Shown: positions 19,185 through 31,670, counted from the first letter of the whole stretch. The stretch is 63,584 nucleotides of DNA, filler included, from Actinomycetota bacterium (GCA_009886115.1; 3 parts of 3 records of this genome joined end to end with filler, not necessarily neighbours in it); one strand, 5' to 3'. Notes: a model not told the origin generated them from the sequence alone. Numbers and translations are program-made.

Positions 19185-20891
19185 ATGACCGAGCTCGTGC
19201 TCCAGGGTGGGACGGTCGTCGACGGGACGGGCGGCCCGGCGTTCGTCGGCGACGTGGTCGTCACCGACGGGCGGATCGTCGCCGTCACCGGCGCCGGGCG
19301 GGGCACCGTCGAAGCCGCAGGCGCCACGATCGTCGATGTCGGCGGGCTCGTGGTGGCGCCGGGGTTCGTCGACATCCACACCCACTACGACGCGCAGCTC
19401 CTGTGGGACCCCACGGCCAGCCCGTCGCCCCTGCACGGCGTGACGACCGTCATCGGCGGCAACTGTGGCTTCGCACTCGCGCCCGCCGCTGCCGAGCACG
19501 CCGACTACCTCGCCCGGCTCATGGCCCGGGTCGAGGGGATCCCGCTCGCCGCGCTCGAAGCCGGCGTCCCGTGGGACTGGACGTCGTACGCCGACTACAC
19601 GAACCGCTTCGACGGCCACATCGCTGTCAACGCAGGGTTCCTCGCCGGCCATTCGGCCATGCGGCGGATCGTCATGGGCGAGCGGGCGTCCACCGATTCT
19701 GCGACCGAATCGGAGCTCACCGCCATGGAGGGGTTGCTCCACGAGGCGCTCGACGCCGGGGCGCTCGGGTTCTCGACCTCCCGGGCCTCCACCCACAACG
19801 ACGGCGACGGCGTCCCCGTGCCGTCGCGACACGCGACCGATGAGGAGCTCGTGCGCCTGGCCGGTGTCGTCGGCCGCTTTGAGTCAACCCAGCTCGAGCT
19901 GATCATCCAGGGCTGCCTCAACGGCTTCACCGACGACGAGATCGCGCTGATGGCCGCCCTGTCACGGGCCGCCAACAGCCCGGTGAACTGGAACGTCCTC
20001 GGTGTGCGTGCCGGCGGGAACCACCAGCACCAGCTCGAGGCCTCAACGAGGGTCGCCGAGCTCGGCGGCCGACTCGTGGCGCTCACACTGCCCGGCAATG
20101 GCGGTGGCACCCGCCTCTCGTTCCTCACCGGCTTCGCGCTCGACGGGTTGCCCGGATGGCGCGAGACGCTCGGGCTCCCCGTCCCGGAACGCATCGCCGC
20201 GCTCGGCGATCCGGCCGTCCGCCAACGTCTGGCCGCTGGGGCGGCATCGCCCGAGGCCGGTGTGCTGCGGGCGCTCGCCGCGTGGGAGCGCATGGTGATC
20301 TTGGAGACCGACGGCCCGCACACCGGACGGATGGTCGGCGATCTCGCTGTCGAGACGGGCGCTTCGCCCTTCGACACGCTGCTCGACATCGTCGTGACCG
20401 ACGGGCTGCGGACCGGCTTCTCGCCCCTGTTCCCGCCCGAGCCCGACGAGGTCTGGAAGGAACGGGCTGCGGTCTGGCTCGATCCCCGAACCGTGGTCGG
20501 CGGATCAGACGCCGGCGCCCATCTGGACATGATGTGCGGCGCGGTCTACAGCACGTTCCTGCTCGCGGTCGGGGTACGCGAGCGAGCGCTCCTGTCGATC
20601 GAGGAGGCCGTGCATCAGCTGAGCGAGGTCCCGGCCCGTCTCTACGGGCTCCGAGGACGGGGACGCATCGCCGAGGGCTGGCAGGCCGATCTCGTGGTGT
20701 TCGACCCGACGACGGTGGCGTCGGGTCCCGTTCGCACCCGGGCCGATCTCCCCGGCGGCGCCAGCCGCTTGTACGCCGAGGCGCTCGGCGTGCACAGCGT
20801 CTACGTCAACGGCACCGAGATCGCACGGGACGGGGTCTTCACCGGGGCCGTTCCGGGCACGCTTCTCCGGCGCGGCATCGACACTCAGTAG
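19185..20891 (+). CDS. N-acyl-D-amino-acid deacylase family amidohydrolase
   Basis: GGTVVDGTG, PGFVDIHTHYD, GVTTVIGGNCG, GSDAGAH and ADLVVFDP motifs. Confidence 0.9.
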   Translation: MTELVLQGGTVVDGTGGPAFVGDVVVTDGRIVAVTGAGRGTVEAAGATIVDVGGLVVAPGFVDIHTHYDAQLLWDPTASPSPLHGVTTVIGGNCGFALAPAAAEHADYLARLMARVEGIPLAALEAGVPWDWTSYADYTNRFDGHIAVNAGFLAGHSAMRRIVMGERASTDSATESELTAMEGLLHEALDAGALGFSTSRASTHNDGDGVPVPSRHATDEELVRLAGVVGRFESTQLELIIQGCLNGFTDDEIALMAALSRAANSPVNWNVLGVRAGGNHQHQLEASTRVAELGGRLVALTLPGNGGGTRLSFLTGFALDGLPGWRETLGLPVPERIAALGDPAVRQRLAAGAASPEAGVLRALAAWERMVILETDGPHTGRMVGDLAVETGASPFDTLLDIVVTDGLRTGFSPLFPPEPDEVWKERAAVWLDPRTVVGGSDAGAHLDMMCGAVYSTFLLAVGVRERALLSIEEAVHQLSEVPARLYGLRGRGRIAEGWQADLVVFDPTTVASGPVRTRADLPGGASRLYAEALGVHSVYVNGTEIARDGVFTGAVPGTLLRRGIDTQ

Positions 20892-21002
20892 CCGACACCC
20901 GAGGAGTCCGGTCGTTTCCCGACAGCGTCGAATGACGCTCATCTCGACCAGGGTCAGGGCTCGCAGCCACAGGTCACCGTCCGACAAGCGCGAGCATGGG
21001 CC

Positions 21003-21968
21003 ATGCTCCATCTCCGTCTCGTCGTGCCAGCCGATCGTGTGGCTTCGCTGCTGATCATCCTCGAGGACGATCCCGCTGTCGCCCACTTGGCCCATCATCC
21101 CGCGGCATCCGTCCGCCCACTCGGCGATGTGGTCACGGCCGACGTCGCTCGCGAGGCAGGCGACCGCGTGATCGAGATCGTGCGGAGCTTCGACCTCCAT
21201 CGCGATGGCGCCATCGTGTTCTCCGCCGCGGGGACGGTGATCTCCGACAGCGCCCAGCGAGCCGAGCTGGAGGCCCCGGGCGACCCTGGCGATGCCATCG
21301 TCTGGGAACAGCTCGAAGCCCGGGCCCGCAACGACGCCACCATGACCGTGTCGTACCTCGTGTTCATGGCCCTGGCCGCGATCGTCGCGGCCGCCGGAGT
21401 GCTCACCGACTCGCCCGTCCTCATCGTGGGAGCCATGGTGATCGGGCCCGACTTCGGTCCCGTGGCCGCCCTGTGCGTGGCGCTCACCAAGCCTCGATGG
21501 CCCCGAGTCCGGCGAGCCGTCACGACGCTGCTCGTCGGCCTGGCTGCTGGCACCGTTGCCGCCGCCGGGATCACGGCGCTCGTGAGAGCCATCGGCGCGG
21601 TCGAACCGGGTTACGAGGTGACCGACCGAGGCCTGACGTCGTTCATCTCCCATCCCGACACGTTCTCGCTCATCGTCGCTGTCGCCGCGGGGATCGCCGG
21701 GATGCTCTCGTTGGCCGCAGCCCGAGAGACGACGCTCGTCGGCGTCGTCATCTCGGTGACGACGATTCCCGCCGCGGCAAACCTCGGCGTCGCAGCGGCA
21801 GTCGGCAACGGAGACGAGGCGGCGGGCTCGGCGGCGCAACTCGGCGTCAACCTCGGCGCCATGATCGCCGCCGGCGTGGTCACGCTGATGGTCCAGAGGG
21901 CGATCTGGAAGCGCGTCAGCGCCCCGACGCGCACTGCGAGGTCTGGCCAGGTGACGTCGGGCGACTGA
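21003..21968 (+). CDS. DUF389 domain-containing membrane protein
   Basis: DSPVLIVGAMVIGPDFGP and LVGVVISVTTIPAAAN motifs; multiple TM helices. Confidence 0.85.
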   Translation: MLHLRLVVPADRVASLLIILEDDPAVAHLAHHPAASVRPLGDVVTADVAREAGDRVIEIVRSFDLHRDGAIVFSAAGTVISDSAQRAELEAPGDPGDAIVWEQLEARARNDATMTVSYLVFMALAAIVAAAGVLTDSPVLIVGAMVIGPDFGPVAALCVALTKPRWPRVRRAVTTLLVGLAAGTVAAAGITALVRAIGAVEPGYEVTDRGLTSFISHPDTFSLIVAVAAGIAGMLSLAAARETTLVGVVISVTTIPAAANLGVAAAVGNGDEAAGSAAQLGVNLGAMIAAGVVTLMVQRAIWKRVSAPTRTARSGQVTSGD

Positions 21969-22228
21969 CCCGACCCGTCAGAGAGATCTCGCCGACCCGG
22001 GTCACGATCGTTCCACCACCGGTCATCGGGGGGACGTCCGATCGGTCGTGGGTCTGCTGCTGTCACCGGCTATCAGGGGGCTTCCAGCGGTGACCGCCTT
22101 GCACGGAGAACATACGACGGTCGGCCCGCCAACGATCAGGGCCGGAAGTCCCGATCACCTCGGGACCCGTCCCGGTCGATCGCGAGGTGATCGTGAACCT
22201 CAGCGACCAGACCAGGTACGGTGCAACG

Positions 22229-25200
22229 GTGACCACACCCAGGGAGATCCGTCACCTGGAGCCGTCGCCACCAGGCTCGGGGGGCTGGATCCGCCGGATG
22301 GGCCCGTACCTGGCGGCGCACCGCTCCGACGCCACGATCTCGGTTGTCGGCGCGCTCCTAGGGATGGTCCTCACCGCGCTCCAGCCCGTGATCCAGCGCG
22401 ACATCATCGACCACGGGATCATCAGCAACGACAAGGCGGTCGGCCCGCTGCTCGTGCTCCTGATGGCCACGGGAATCGCTCGCTTCGTACTCGGCTACGC
22501 CCGGCGCTTCTACGGCGGGCGGGTGAGCCTCGACGTGCAGTACGACATCCGCAACACGATCTTCGACCACCTGCAGCGCCTCGACTTCGCCACCCACGAC
22601 GAGCTCGAGACCGGCCAGCTCGTCTCGCGAGCGAGCTCCGACGTGGGGCTGGTGCAGACCCTGCTCTCGTTGTTGCCCTTGACGACCGGCAACGCCATCC
22701 AACTGGTTGTGTCGACGGTCATCATGGCCTACCTCTCCGTACCCTTGACGCTCGTCACGCTCCTGGTCGTCCCGGCGCTGCTCGGCATCTCGTTGCTCAT
22801 GCGCCGCTTGGTCTTCCCGTCGGCGTGGCACGCCCAGCAACAGGCAGCCGAGGTGGCAGGCGTCGTCGACGAGAACGTCAACGGCGTCAGGGTCGTCAAG
22901 GCGTTCGGGCAGGAATCCCACGAGGTCGGGCGGCTCGAGGCGCGTTCTCGTGATCTCTACGCCTCCAAGGTCAGGGCGGTGCGCATCCAGGCCCGGTACG
23001 CGCCGGCCCTGCAGATGGTCCCGCAGCTCGGCCAGGTCGCCGTGCTCGCCTACGGCGGCGCGCTGGTCATCAAGGGCGACATGACGATCGGGACGTTCAG
23101 CGTCTTCTTGACGTATCTCGTCCAGTTCGTGGCACCGGTCAGGATGCTGTCGATCACGGTGGCGCTCGCGCAGCAGACCAGGGCCTCGGTCGAGCGCATC
23201 CTCGAGCTGCTCGACTCCAACCCCAAGGTCGTCGACGCACCCGACGCTCTCGACATCGGTGACCTCCGGGGCGAGATCGTGTTCGATGCCGTGAGCTTCG
23301 GCTACCTCCGGAGCCAGCCGGTGCTCGTCGACTTCTCCCTCACCGTGGCCCCGGGCGAGACCCTGGCCCTCGTGGGCGCGAGCGGATCGGGGAAGTCGAC
23401 CGCGGCGTTGATCGTCCCGCGCTTTTACGACGTCACGAGCGGACGGGTGCTCGTCGACGGCATCGACGTTCGGGAGCTCACGCTGGAGTCGTTGCGGCGA
23501 CAGGTCGGTGTGGTCTTCGAGGAGAGCTTCCTGTTCTCCGATTCGATCGCCGAGAACCTCGCCTACGGCCATCCCGACGCCACCAGGGACGAGATCGTCG
23601 AGGCCGCCCGAGGCGCCGAGGCCCACACGTTCATCACCGCGCTCCCCCAGGGCTACGACACCGTCGTCGGCGAGCGTGGGCTCACACTCTCGGGCGGGCA
23701 ACGCCAGCGCATCGCCCTGGCCCGGGCGCTGCTCACCGATCCCCGCATCCTGATCCTCGACGACGCCACGTCGTCGGTCGACGCCCGGGTCGAAGAGGAG
23801 ATCCACGACACCCTGCGCCGCCTGATGCAAGGGCGCACGACCATCCTCATCGCCCACCGTCGCTCGACCCTCCGACTCGCCGACCGTATCGCGGTGCTCG
23901 ATCAGGGCCGCCTGCTCGACGTCGGCACCCACGACGAGCTCATCGCCCGTTGCTCGCTGTACCGGCAACTCCTTGCTGGGCCTGGCGATTCGGTTGAGGA
24001 ACCTGAGCCGCTCGTCGACACGGCCGACCCACTCGACGACGGCATCACCCCCGAGGCATGGAACCGGGACGCCAGCGAGGTGAGGGCCACGTTCCGGTCG
24101 AACGACCCGGGGAAGATGCCCGTGTTCATGGGCGGCGGTGGCGGGATGATGAGTGGCGCCATGTCGATGGCCGGGGGGATGCCGCTCACACCCGAGCTCC
24201 TCGCGCGTATCGAAGCGCTCCCACCGGCCGACGACGACCCTGAGGTCGACGCCGCGTACCACGTCGCAGACCGCTCCCCCTTCTCCTTGCTCGGGTTCGT
24301 GCAGCCGTGGCGGGCAGCGCTGGCGTTCGGCATGGTGTTCGTGCTCCTCGACGCGCTGGCCGGTCTGGCCGGTCCGCTCCTGGTGCGCTACGGCATCGAC
24401 CACGGCGTCCGCGAGGGCACGCGGAGCACGCTGTTCGCGATCTGCGTCGGTTATCTCGGGATCGTGCTGGTCAACTGGTGGGCGCAGTGGGTCCAGGCCC
24501 GGGTGACCGGCCGCACGGCCGAGCGGATGCTGTTCGCCTTGCGGGTCCGGATCTTCGGTCAGCTCCAGCGGCTCTCGCTCGACTTCTACGAGCGCGAGAT
24601 GGCCGGGCGGATCATGACCCGCATGACCGCCGACGTGGAGTCTCTGTCGAACCTGCTCCAGCAGGGGCTCGTCGCCGCTGTGGTCAACGGGGTCACGTTC
24701 GTCGGCGTGATCGGGGCGCTGTTCTTCATGAACTGGAAGCTGGCCTTGGCGGCGGCCGCCGTCCTCCCCGTGCTCGTGCTCTCGACCTTGCGGTTCAAGA
24801 GCTTCAGCGACCAGGCCTATGAGACGGCGCGGGAACGGATCGCCGCCGTCAACGCCAACCTCCAAGAGAGCCTCTCGGGGGTGCGGGTCGCCCAGGCCTT
24901 CACCCGCGAAGGCCGCAACATGAGCCAGTTCCGAGACGTCGCCGCGCTGCACCTCGACGCGCGGCTCAACGCCCAGCGCGCGCAGTCGTGGTACTTCCCG
25001 TTCGTCGAGTTCCTGTCGGTCGTTGCGGTGGTCCTGGTCTTGTGGGTCGCCGACGGTCTGGTGGCCGACGACGCGCTCGAGGTCGGCGCCCTGCTCGCCT
25101 TCTTGCTCTACCTGAACCAGCTCTTCACGCCCATCCAGCAGCTCTCGCAGGTGTTCGACACCTACCAGCAGGCCGACGCCGCCATGGACAAGATCCGCGA

Positions 25201-26131
25201 GTTGCTGACCACGCCCTCGGGCACTCCCGAAGCCGACCCGGAAACCATGGTCGCCGTCGCATCTGCGACAGGCCCTGACGAGACCGACGGGCACGACCCC
25301 GGGTATGGCCTGTCAGGGCGGATCACCTTCGAGCACGTCACGTTCTCCTACGCCACCACGCTCCATCCGGTGCTCGTCGACGTCTCCTTCGAGATCCCGC
25401 CCGGTCAGATCGTCGCTCTGGTCGGCGAGACCGGCGCCGGGAAGTCGACCATCGTCAAGCTCGTGGCTCGCTTCTACGATGCCGTCGCCGGACGGGTGCT
25501 CGTCGACGGCATCCCGATCACGTCGTTCGATCTCGCGGCCTATCGTCGCCGGCTCGGCTACGTGCCTCAGGAGGCCTTCCTGTTCGCCGGAACGATCCGG
25601 CACAACATCGCGTACGGGCGCCCCGACGCCACCGATGCCGAGGTTGAGGCTGCCGCGCGTGCCGTGGGCGCTCACGAGTTCATCGTCGGTCTCGGCGACG
25701 GGTATCTCCATGCGGTGAGCGAGCGGGGCCGATCACTCTCGTCGGGTCAGCGCCAGCTCATCGCGCTGGCCCGGGCCCAGCTCGTCGACCCGGCGATCCT
25801 GCTGCTCGACGAGGCCACGTCGAACCTCGACCTGGCCACCGAGGCCCGGGTCAACCGGGCCATGGGCGTGGTGGCCCGAGGGCGCACGACCATCCTCATC
25901 GCCCACCGGCTCGAGACGGCCCGGCGAGCCGATCGGATTCTCGTCATCGGTGACGGGCAGATCATCGAGGACGGCGATCACGACACGCTCGTCGCTGCCG
26001 GCGGCTCCTACGCCGGCCTGTGGCGCTCGTTCTCGCCCGACGAGAACACGTCCCATGGATCGGCAGCCGCGGCCGATGCCCCAGAGTCCGCCGCCCCAGC
26101 GGACGCAGCGGAGCTCACACCCCTGAGCTGA
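22229..26131 (+). CDS. Fused ABC exporter (TMD-NBD-TMD-NBD), Rv0194-like
   Basis: Two Walker A motifs ([16 protein letters not shown]), signatures LSGGQ and LSSGQ, two TMDs. Start GTG 22229 lies 6 nt after TACGGT (alternative start 22187). Confidence 0.9.
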   Translation: MTTPREIRHLEPSPPGSGGWIRRMGPYLAAHRSDATISVVGALLGMVLTALQPVIQRDIIDHGIISNDKAVGPLLVLLMATGIARFVLGYARRFYGGRVSLDVQYDIRNTIFDHLQRLDFATHDELETGQLVSRASSDVGLVQTLLSLLPLTTGNAIQLVVSTVIMAYLSVPLTLVTLLVVPALLGISLLMRRLVFPSAWHAQQQAAEVAGVVDENVNGVRVVKAFGQESHEVGRLEARSRDLYASKVRAVRIQARYAPALQMVPQLGQVAVLAYGGALVIKGDMTIGTFSVFLTYLVQFVAPVRMLSITVALAQQTRASVERILELLDSNPKVVDAPDALDIGDLRGEIVFDAVSFGYLRSQPVLVDFSLTVAPGETLALVGASGSGKSTAALIVPRFYDVTSGRVLVDGIDVRELTLESLRRQVGVVFEESFLFSDSIAENLAYGHPDATRDEIVEAARGAEAHTFITALPQGYDTVVGERGLTLSGGQRQRIALARALLTDPRILILDDATSSVDARVEEEIHDTLRRLMQGRTTILIAHRRSTLRLADRIAVLDQGRLLDVGTHDELIARCSLYRQLLAGPGDSVEEPEPLVDTADPLDDGITPEAWNRDASEVRATFRSNDPGKMPVFMGGGGGMMSGAMSMAGGMPLTPELLARIEALPPADDDPEVDAAYHVADRSPFSLLGFVQPWRAALAFGMVFVLLDALAGLAGPLLVRYGIDHGVREGTRSTLFAICVGYLGIVLVNWWAQWVQARVTGRTAERMLFALRVRIFGQLQRLSLDFYEREMAGRIMTRMTADVESLSNLLQQGLVAAVVNGVTFVGVIGALFFMNWKLALAAAAVLPVLVLSTLRFKSFSDQAYETARERIAAVNANLQESLSGVRVAQAFTREGRNMSQFRDVAALHLDARLNAQRAQSWYFPFVEFLSVVAVVLVLWVADGLVADDALEVGALLAFLLYLNQLFTPIQQLSQVFDTYQQADAAMDKIRELLTTPSGTPEADPETMVAVASATGPDETDGHDPGYGLSGRITFEHVTFSYATTLHPVLVDVSFEIPPGQIVALVGETGAGKSTIVKLVARFYDAVAGRVLVDGIPITSFDLAAYRRRLGYVPQEAFLFAGTIRHNIAYGRPDATDAEVEAAARAVGAHEFIVGLGDGYLHAVSERGRSLSSGQRQLIALARAQLVDPAILLLDEATSNLDLATEARVNRAMGVVARGRTTILIAHRLETARRADRILVIGDGQIIEDGDHDTLVAAGGSYAGLWRSFSPDENTSHGSAAAADAPESAAPADAAELTPLS

Positions 26132-26521
26132 CGCCCGGATGCGCTTCAGCCTGCACGCTGCGGAACGCGCGGTGCAGGTGCGGAGCTGGGCCACGGCGTC
26201 CGTCCCGGCCGGCCTCGCGACACGGTGCCAGGGACGGGACGCGAATGCCGCGTTGACCTCCCTATGTCATTCCCATATCTCTGAACCCGCTCCTGTTCTT
26301 CATCCTCGCCGCGCTGTACCTGGGGGTGGCCGGGTCGACCATCTTCGAGCGGTACCTGCTCACCAAGACCGACGTGACTGATGCCGACATCGAGAACTAC
26401 GCGCTCCCCATCCCGGTGAGCTACACCTGCGGAAAGGGCCTGGTGTACAGCCCGATGGCGGGATCGGCACGCTCCCGCTGAGCCGTACCATCTCGGGACG
26501 ACTTCCCCGAGACGAGGCTCC

Positions 26522-27547
26522 GTGACCCATCAGCCGCCCGACCCGCAGCCGGCTTCGAGCCCGGCTCCCCCGCCCCCGACCTGGCCGGCGCCTCCGCCTC
26601 CGGCGCCTCCCGGGTCGGGGTTGCCGCCCCGCCCTCCGGACCCCCCGCCATCCTGGGGAACCCAGCCCCCGCTCGGCCCGGGGTGGGCTCCGCCGCCCAC
26701 CCCGGGCACGGCCTGGCCGAGCACCCCCCAACCGCCACCCACCCCGGGTCCGGGCCCGGGGTGGCCGCAGACATGGCCGCAGACACATCCCGGGTCGTCG
26801 TCGCCGTACGGGCCACCACAGGCCTTCCCGCGCGGGGCCTTCCAATCGGTGAAGGGTGTGGCGACGGCCCTTCGGGTTCTGTTCTTCGTGCTCGCGGGGA
26901 TCTACGTGATCAACGTGGTGCTGCTCCTCCAGGAGCGCCAGAGCTGGAAGGCCTTCGACCGGGGCGACGAGAGCATCCTCGATGTCCAGGACGCCCGAGA
27001 CGCGGTCGGCGCGGTCGGCGCGTTCACGATCCTGGTCGGGATCGCCGTCGGCGTGTTGATCATCATCTGGGCCCACCGCTCCCGAAAGAACCTCGATGCC
27101 TTCGGTGTCAATGATCCGCCGCTGTCGCCAGGCATGGCCATCGGCCTGTGGTTCATCCCCCTCGCCAGCGTGGTGCTGGGGTACATCCTCCTGAACGGCG
27201 TCTGGAAGGGCTCCGATCCCGACGATCTCTCACCCGCATGGCGCGAGCGATCCAGCTCGGTGAGCTTCAACCTCTGGTGGTGGCTCTGGACGGTCGGCGG
27301 CCTGTTCATGTTCTTCGGTGGCTTCTACCTCAACGAGGAGGCCGGCCGGATCGACTCGGTCGCCGAGGGGCTGCGAAGGAACTCCGCGTCACTCACCGGC
27401 GCCGCCCTGCTCGCTGGCGCGTGTGTCTTCGCCGCCATCGCCGTCGGCCAGTTCGCCAAGCGCCAGCACACCAAGGCGGCCCGTCTCGCCCCGTCGAACC
27501 CCGGCTACGGGGGCGCCTCCAGCGCGCGCCCGCCGTCGTGGGGTTGA
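26522..27547 (+). CDS. DUF4328 domain membrane protein with Pro-rich N-terminus
   Basis: IIWAHRSRKNL...SPGMAIGLWFIPLASVVLGY...LWWWLW; four TMs. Confidence 0.8.
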   Translation: MTHQPPDPQPASSPAPPPPTWPAPPPPAPPGSGLPPRPPDPPPSWGTQPPLGPGWAPPPTPGTAWPSTPQPPPTPGPGPGWPQTWPQTHPGSSSPYGPPQAFPRGAFQSVKGVATALRVLFFVLAGIYVINVVLLLQERQSWKAFDRGDESILDVQDARDAVGAVGAFTILVGIAVGVLIIIWAHRSRKNLDAFGVNDPPLSPGMAIGLWFIPLASVVLGYILLNGVWKGSDPDDLSPAWRERSSSVSFNLWWWLWTVGGLFMFFGGFYLNEEAGRIDSVAEGLRRNSASLTGAALLAGACVFAAIAVGQFAKRQHTKAARLAPSNPGYGGASSARPPSWG

Positions 27548-27574
27548 GCTGAGGGTTCGATCTACGCTCCGCGT

Positions 27575-30500
27575 GTGACCCAGTCTCCAGTGCCCGTTCC
27601 CTCCGACCCTCCTTCTCCGACGGGGCGCGATCGCGCCGCGCTCGTCGACCGGGCCGTGGCCACGTGGACGGCGCAGCTCATCGACCTCGGGGCCCGGAAC
27701 TCGTTGCTCTACTACCGCGACCTCAGGGCCGGCACCCTCGAGCTGACCGGCGCCGATCGCGGGAGCCTCGAGCTTCTCCTCTCGGGCAAGGCGGTCCGGC
27801 TCTCGAAGCTGTTCCCCGAGCCCGAGGCGCTGGCCGCCGCGGTCCCGAGGGCTCGCCGGATCCGGTCGAAGACCAAGGAGCACGCCGAGGAACGGGGACT
27901 CGACACGCTGTACGTGGGTCAGGGCCTGGCCACCTGGACCGCCACGACATCGTCGGCGATCCCCGCCGCCCCGGTGCTGCTGCACCCCGTGCGCATCAAG
28001 GCTTCGGGGATGGCCGAGGACGACTTCGAGCTCGTCGTCGACGGCGATGCGACCGTCAACCCCGTGCTCGTGCACCTCTTCGCGACCGACTTCGGCCTGC
28101 AGCTCGACGCCGACGCCATGCTCGAACCGCCGCCCGTCGCGCCGCCGCCCGCCGAGAACGGATCCACAGCCGCGACCATCGGCAACGCCGTCCACGATGA
28201 GCTTGCCGGCGCGCCGGGCCCGGGCCCGGGCCCGGGCCCGGCTCCGGTGCTCGAGCCGCTGGCGCTCGAGCCGCCGGCGTTCGTGAACCTGCTCGATGCC
28301 TGCACGGCCACGATTCCCGGCTTCTCGCTCAGCACCCGGATCGTGCTGGGGAACTTCTCCTACGCCAAGCTGCCGATGGTCGTCGACCTCCAGCGCTCGA
28401 TCGACGCGCTGCGCGCCCACGACATCGTGGCCGCCATCGCCGGGGCCGTCGACGCTCGCGACGCGCTACGCCAGCGAGCCTCGCGCGTCGACATTCCCGC
28501 CGATGCTCCCGACCGGTCGGCGCCGGCCGAGGAGTTCCTCGTGCTCGACGCCGATGCGAGCCAACACCAGGCGATCAACCGGGTCGTGGCCGGCAGCGAC
28601 CTGATCGTCAAGGGACCACCGGGAACGGGCAAGAGCCAGACGATCTCCAACCTCATCGCCGCGCTGGTCGCGAACGGCAAGAGCGTGCTGTTCGTGGCCG
28701 AGAAGCGAGCCGCGATCGACGCCGTCGTCAAGCGGCTCGCCAAGGTGGGCCTGGGCGACGTCGTCCTCGATCTGCACGACGGGCTCGGTTCGCGCAAGCG
28801 CCTGGCTCGAGACCTGGCCCGGATGATCGAGGTCACCGAGTCGACCCCGATGCCCGACACCGGCGCGCTCGATTTCACGCTCAGCAGCCGGCGCGACGAG
28901 CTCCGGACCCGCGACACCGCGCTCCACGAACCACGAACCCCTTGGGGCGTCACGGTGTACGAGGCCCAGGCTCGGCTCATGGCCACGCCGGTACCTGCTC
29001 GGAGCGAGCTCCGCTTCCGCGGCGACGCGCTGGTGCGACTCGACGGGGCGACCGTCGCGGCCGCGGCCGACGATCTCCGAACCTGGGTCGGGCTCGGCGG
29101 CCCAGCAGCGCTCCAGGCAACGGCGGGTTGGGCCCCCGCGCTGGGAACGGTGCGAACCGCGGCCGATGCCCAGAGCGCGATCGCCGAGGCCGCCGAGGCG
29201 TCAACGGCCTTCGGAGCCTTCGATGCCATGCTCGATCTGGCGTGCGCGCAGACGGGACTCCCCGTTGCCGAGACCGTCGGCCAGGCGACGACGGTCGCGC
29301 AGTTGCTCGTTGCGGTGTGCGAAACGGAGCAACGCTTCGGCGCCAGCGTCTGGACCCACGACCTGGCAGCACTCGCGCGCGCCATGGCTCCCGCTCGGCG
29401 CGGCACCTTCCGGCGCCTCCTCGCCACCCTCCTCGACGGCACGTGGCGCACTGCCCGCAAGACCTTGAGGACGCTCGACACCGCGGGAGGCACCGACGAC
29501 GCCCGTCGAGCGGCGGCCGAGATGGCCGCAATCGTCCAGGGCGCGTGGCGGTCGACGGCGAGCGACGGGGGCGCGCCACGGCGACCGTCCGACCCCGCCG
29601 CCTTCGTGGTGGCGGCCAGTCGCGACGGCGACGCCGGCGCAGCGCTCGTGCGCTGGTTCCCCGCGCTCGACCCCGGTTCGTCGACCCGAGCACAGCGCCG
29701 AGCCTGGGCGGCGGAGTTGGTCGGCGACCAAGCGAGCCTGGCCCGGCTCCCAGAGTTGCACCGGGCCCGAGAGGCGCTCGTGGGGCTGGGCCTGACGAGG
29801 CTGCTCGAAACCCTGAACCCCGGCGTCGATCCCGACCAGGCTCGCGCGATCCTCGATCACGCATGGCTGGCCTCGATCCTCGACCACGTGGTGCTGACCG
29901 ACCCCCGGATCGGAGCGTTCGACGGGCCGCTGCAGAACCAGACCGTCGCCGAGTTCACCGCGGCCGACCGTCGCCATGTCGAAGCCTCGGCGGCACTCGT
30001 TCGTCGGCGCGTCGCCGAACACTCGGTCGAAGCCCGAGACCGCTACCGCGACCAGAACCAGCTCGTCGAACGGCAAGCCGCGTTGTCGCGTCGGCACCTC
30101 CCGATGCGCGACCTCTTCACAGCAGCGCCCGACGTGCTCACGAAGCTCAAGCCCTGCTGGGCCATGAGCCCCTTGGTCGTCTCACAGCTCCTCCCGGGCG
30201 ATCGGCCGTACTTCGACGTCGTGGTCTTCGACGAGGCCAGCCAGATCATGCCCGCCGACGCCGTTCCCGCGATCCTCCGCGGCCGCCAGCTCATGGTCGC
30301 CGGCGACGATCGCCAGCTGCCCCCGACCGCGTTCTTCACGGTGCGCGCCGCCGACGACGAAGCCGTTGAGGGCGCTGGCGCCGGCGAACCGAGCGACGGG
30401 CCCGGTGGCGATCAGTCGCTCACCGAGGGCTTCGAGTCGATCCTCGACGCGCTGTGGCCGCTCCTCGCCCAGTCGCCCTTGCGGTGGCACTACCGGTCAC

Positions 30501-31570
30501 GCGACGAGCGCCTCATCGCCTTCAGCAACGCCCACATCTACGAAGGCTCGCTGGTCACCTTTCCCGGCGTGACCGGGCCCGAGTGCCTCGCCCACGTGCT
30601 CGTCCCATTCGACCCTGCCGACGCGGCCCGCCCCGACGCCGACGCCGAACGGGGCCAGGGGACGACACGGGCCGAGGTCGACACGGTGGTGCGACTCGTC
30701 GTCGACCATGCGACGAACCGGCCGGGCGAGTCGCTCGGGGTGATCGCGTTCGGGATCACCCACGCGCAGCGCATCGAGGATGCCCTCCGAGAGGTCCTGC
30801 GGGGACGGCCCGATCTCGCCGACTTCTTCGACGAGGACGGTCCGGGCGCAACGGGCGAGCCGTTCTTCGTCAAGAACCTCGAGCGAGTCCAAGGCGACGA
30901 ACGCGACGCCATCATCCTCTCGGTGGGCTACGGCAAGGGTGCCGACGGGCGGCTGCTCTACCGGTTCGGTCCGTTGCTCACCAAGGGGGGCGAGCGTCGC
31001 CTGAACGTCGCCGTGACCCGAGCGAAGCGGCGCATGACGGTCGTCTCGGCCTTCACCGGCGGCGAGCTCGACCCGGCGCGCAGCTCGGCGGAGGGAGTCC
31101 GTCTCCTGAAATCCTTCCTCGAGTACATGGAGCACAAGGGTGAAGGACTCGCCGCGCCCGCACCCTCGGTGCGCCGCTCGGGGGCGGACGACCGCTCGTA
31201 TCGGCCCGACGGACTGGTGGTTGCACTGGCCGAGAGCCTGCGCGCCCATGGCGTTCCGGTCTCCGTGGGGTACGGGGTTTCGGGTCATCGGGTCGACGTG
31301 GCCGCGATGCATCCCACCGATCCGCAGCGAGCGGTGATGGCGATCGAGGTCGACGGTCCGAGCCACGCGGCGGTGGCGACCGTCCGGGATCGGCACCGTC
31401 TCCGCCAAGCGCAGATGGAGCGACTGGGATGGACGTTCCGTCGGGTCTGGTCGAGACAGTGGCAACGCCATCCTGAGACCGAGACCGCGGCGATCGTCGA
31501 CGCCTGGCGAGCGGCCGTCGATCGAATCGACACCCCGAGCCCGCCCACCCCGCCCACCCCGCCCGTGCCC
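27575..31570 (+). CDS. DUF4011 + SF1 (UPF1/DNA2-like) helicase + Vsr-like/REase nuclease protein (Hhe-like), 3' truncated by the contig end
   Basis: WTAQLIDLGARNSLLYYR; GPPGTGKSQT; FVAEKRAA; DVVVFDEASQ; VQGDERD; RRLNVAVTRAK; C-terminal RVDVA...AIEVDG...RDRHRLRQAQMERLGW. Confidence 0.85.
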
Positions 31571-31670
31571 NNNNNNNNNNNNNNNNNNNNNNNNNNNNNN
31601 NNNNNNNNNNNNNNTTAATTAATTAANNNNNNNNNNNNNNNNNNNNNNNNNNNNNNNNNNNNNNNNNNNN
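31571..31670. other. Artificial contig-joining spacer
   Basis: N44 + TTAATTAATTAA + N44 (stops in all frames). Confidence 0.97.

Noticed and set aside
27545..27560. LexA box upstream of the DUF4011 helicase
   Set aside because: Only one half-site (GTTCGA) matches; the other half (TGAGCT) is too divergent.
31571..31670. TTAATTAATTAA within N-runs (also 59243-59342) as a biological AT-rich motif
   Set aside because: The two 100-nt spacers are identical and carry stops in all frames; they are assembly linkers, so synteny across them was not interpreted.
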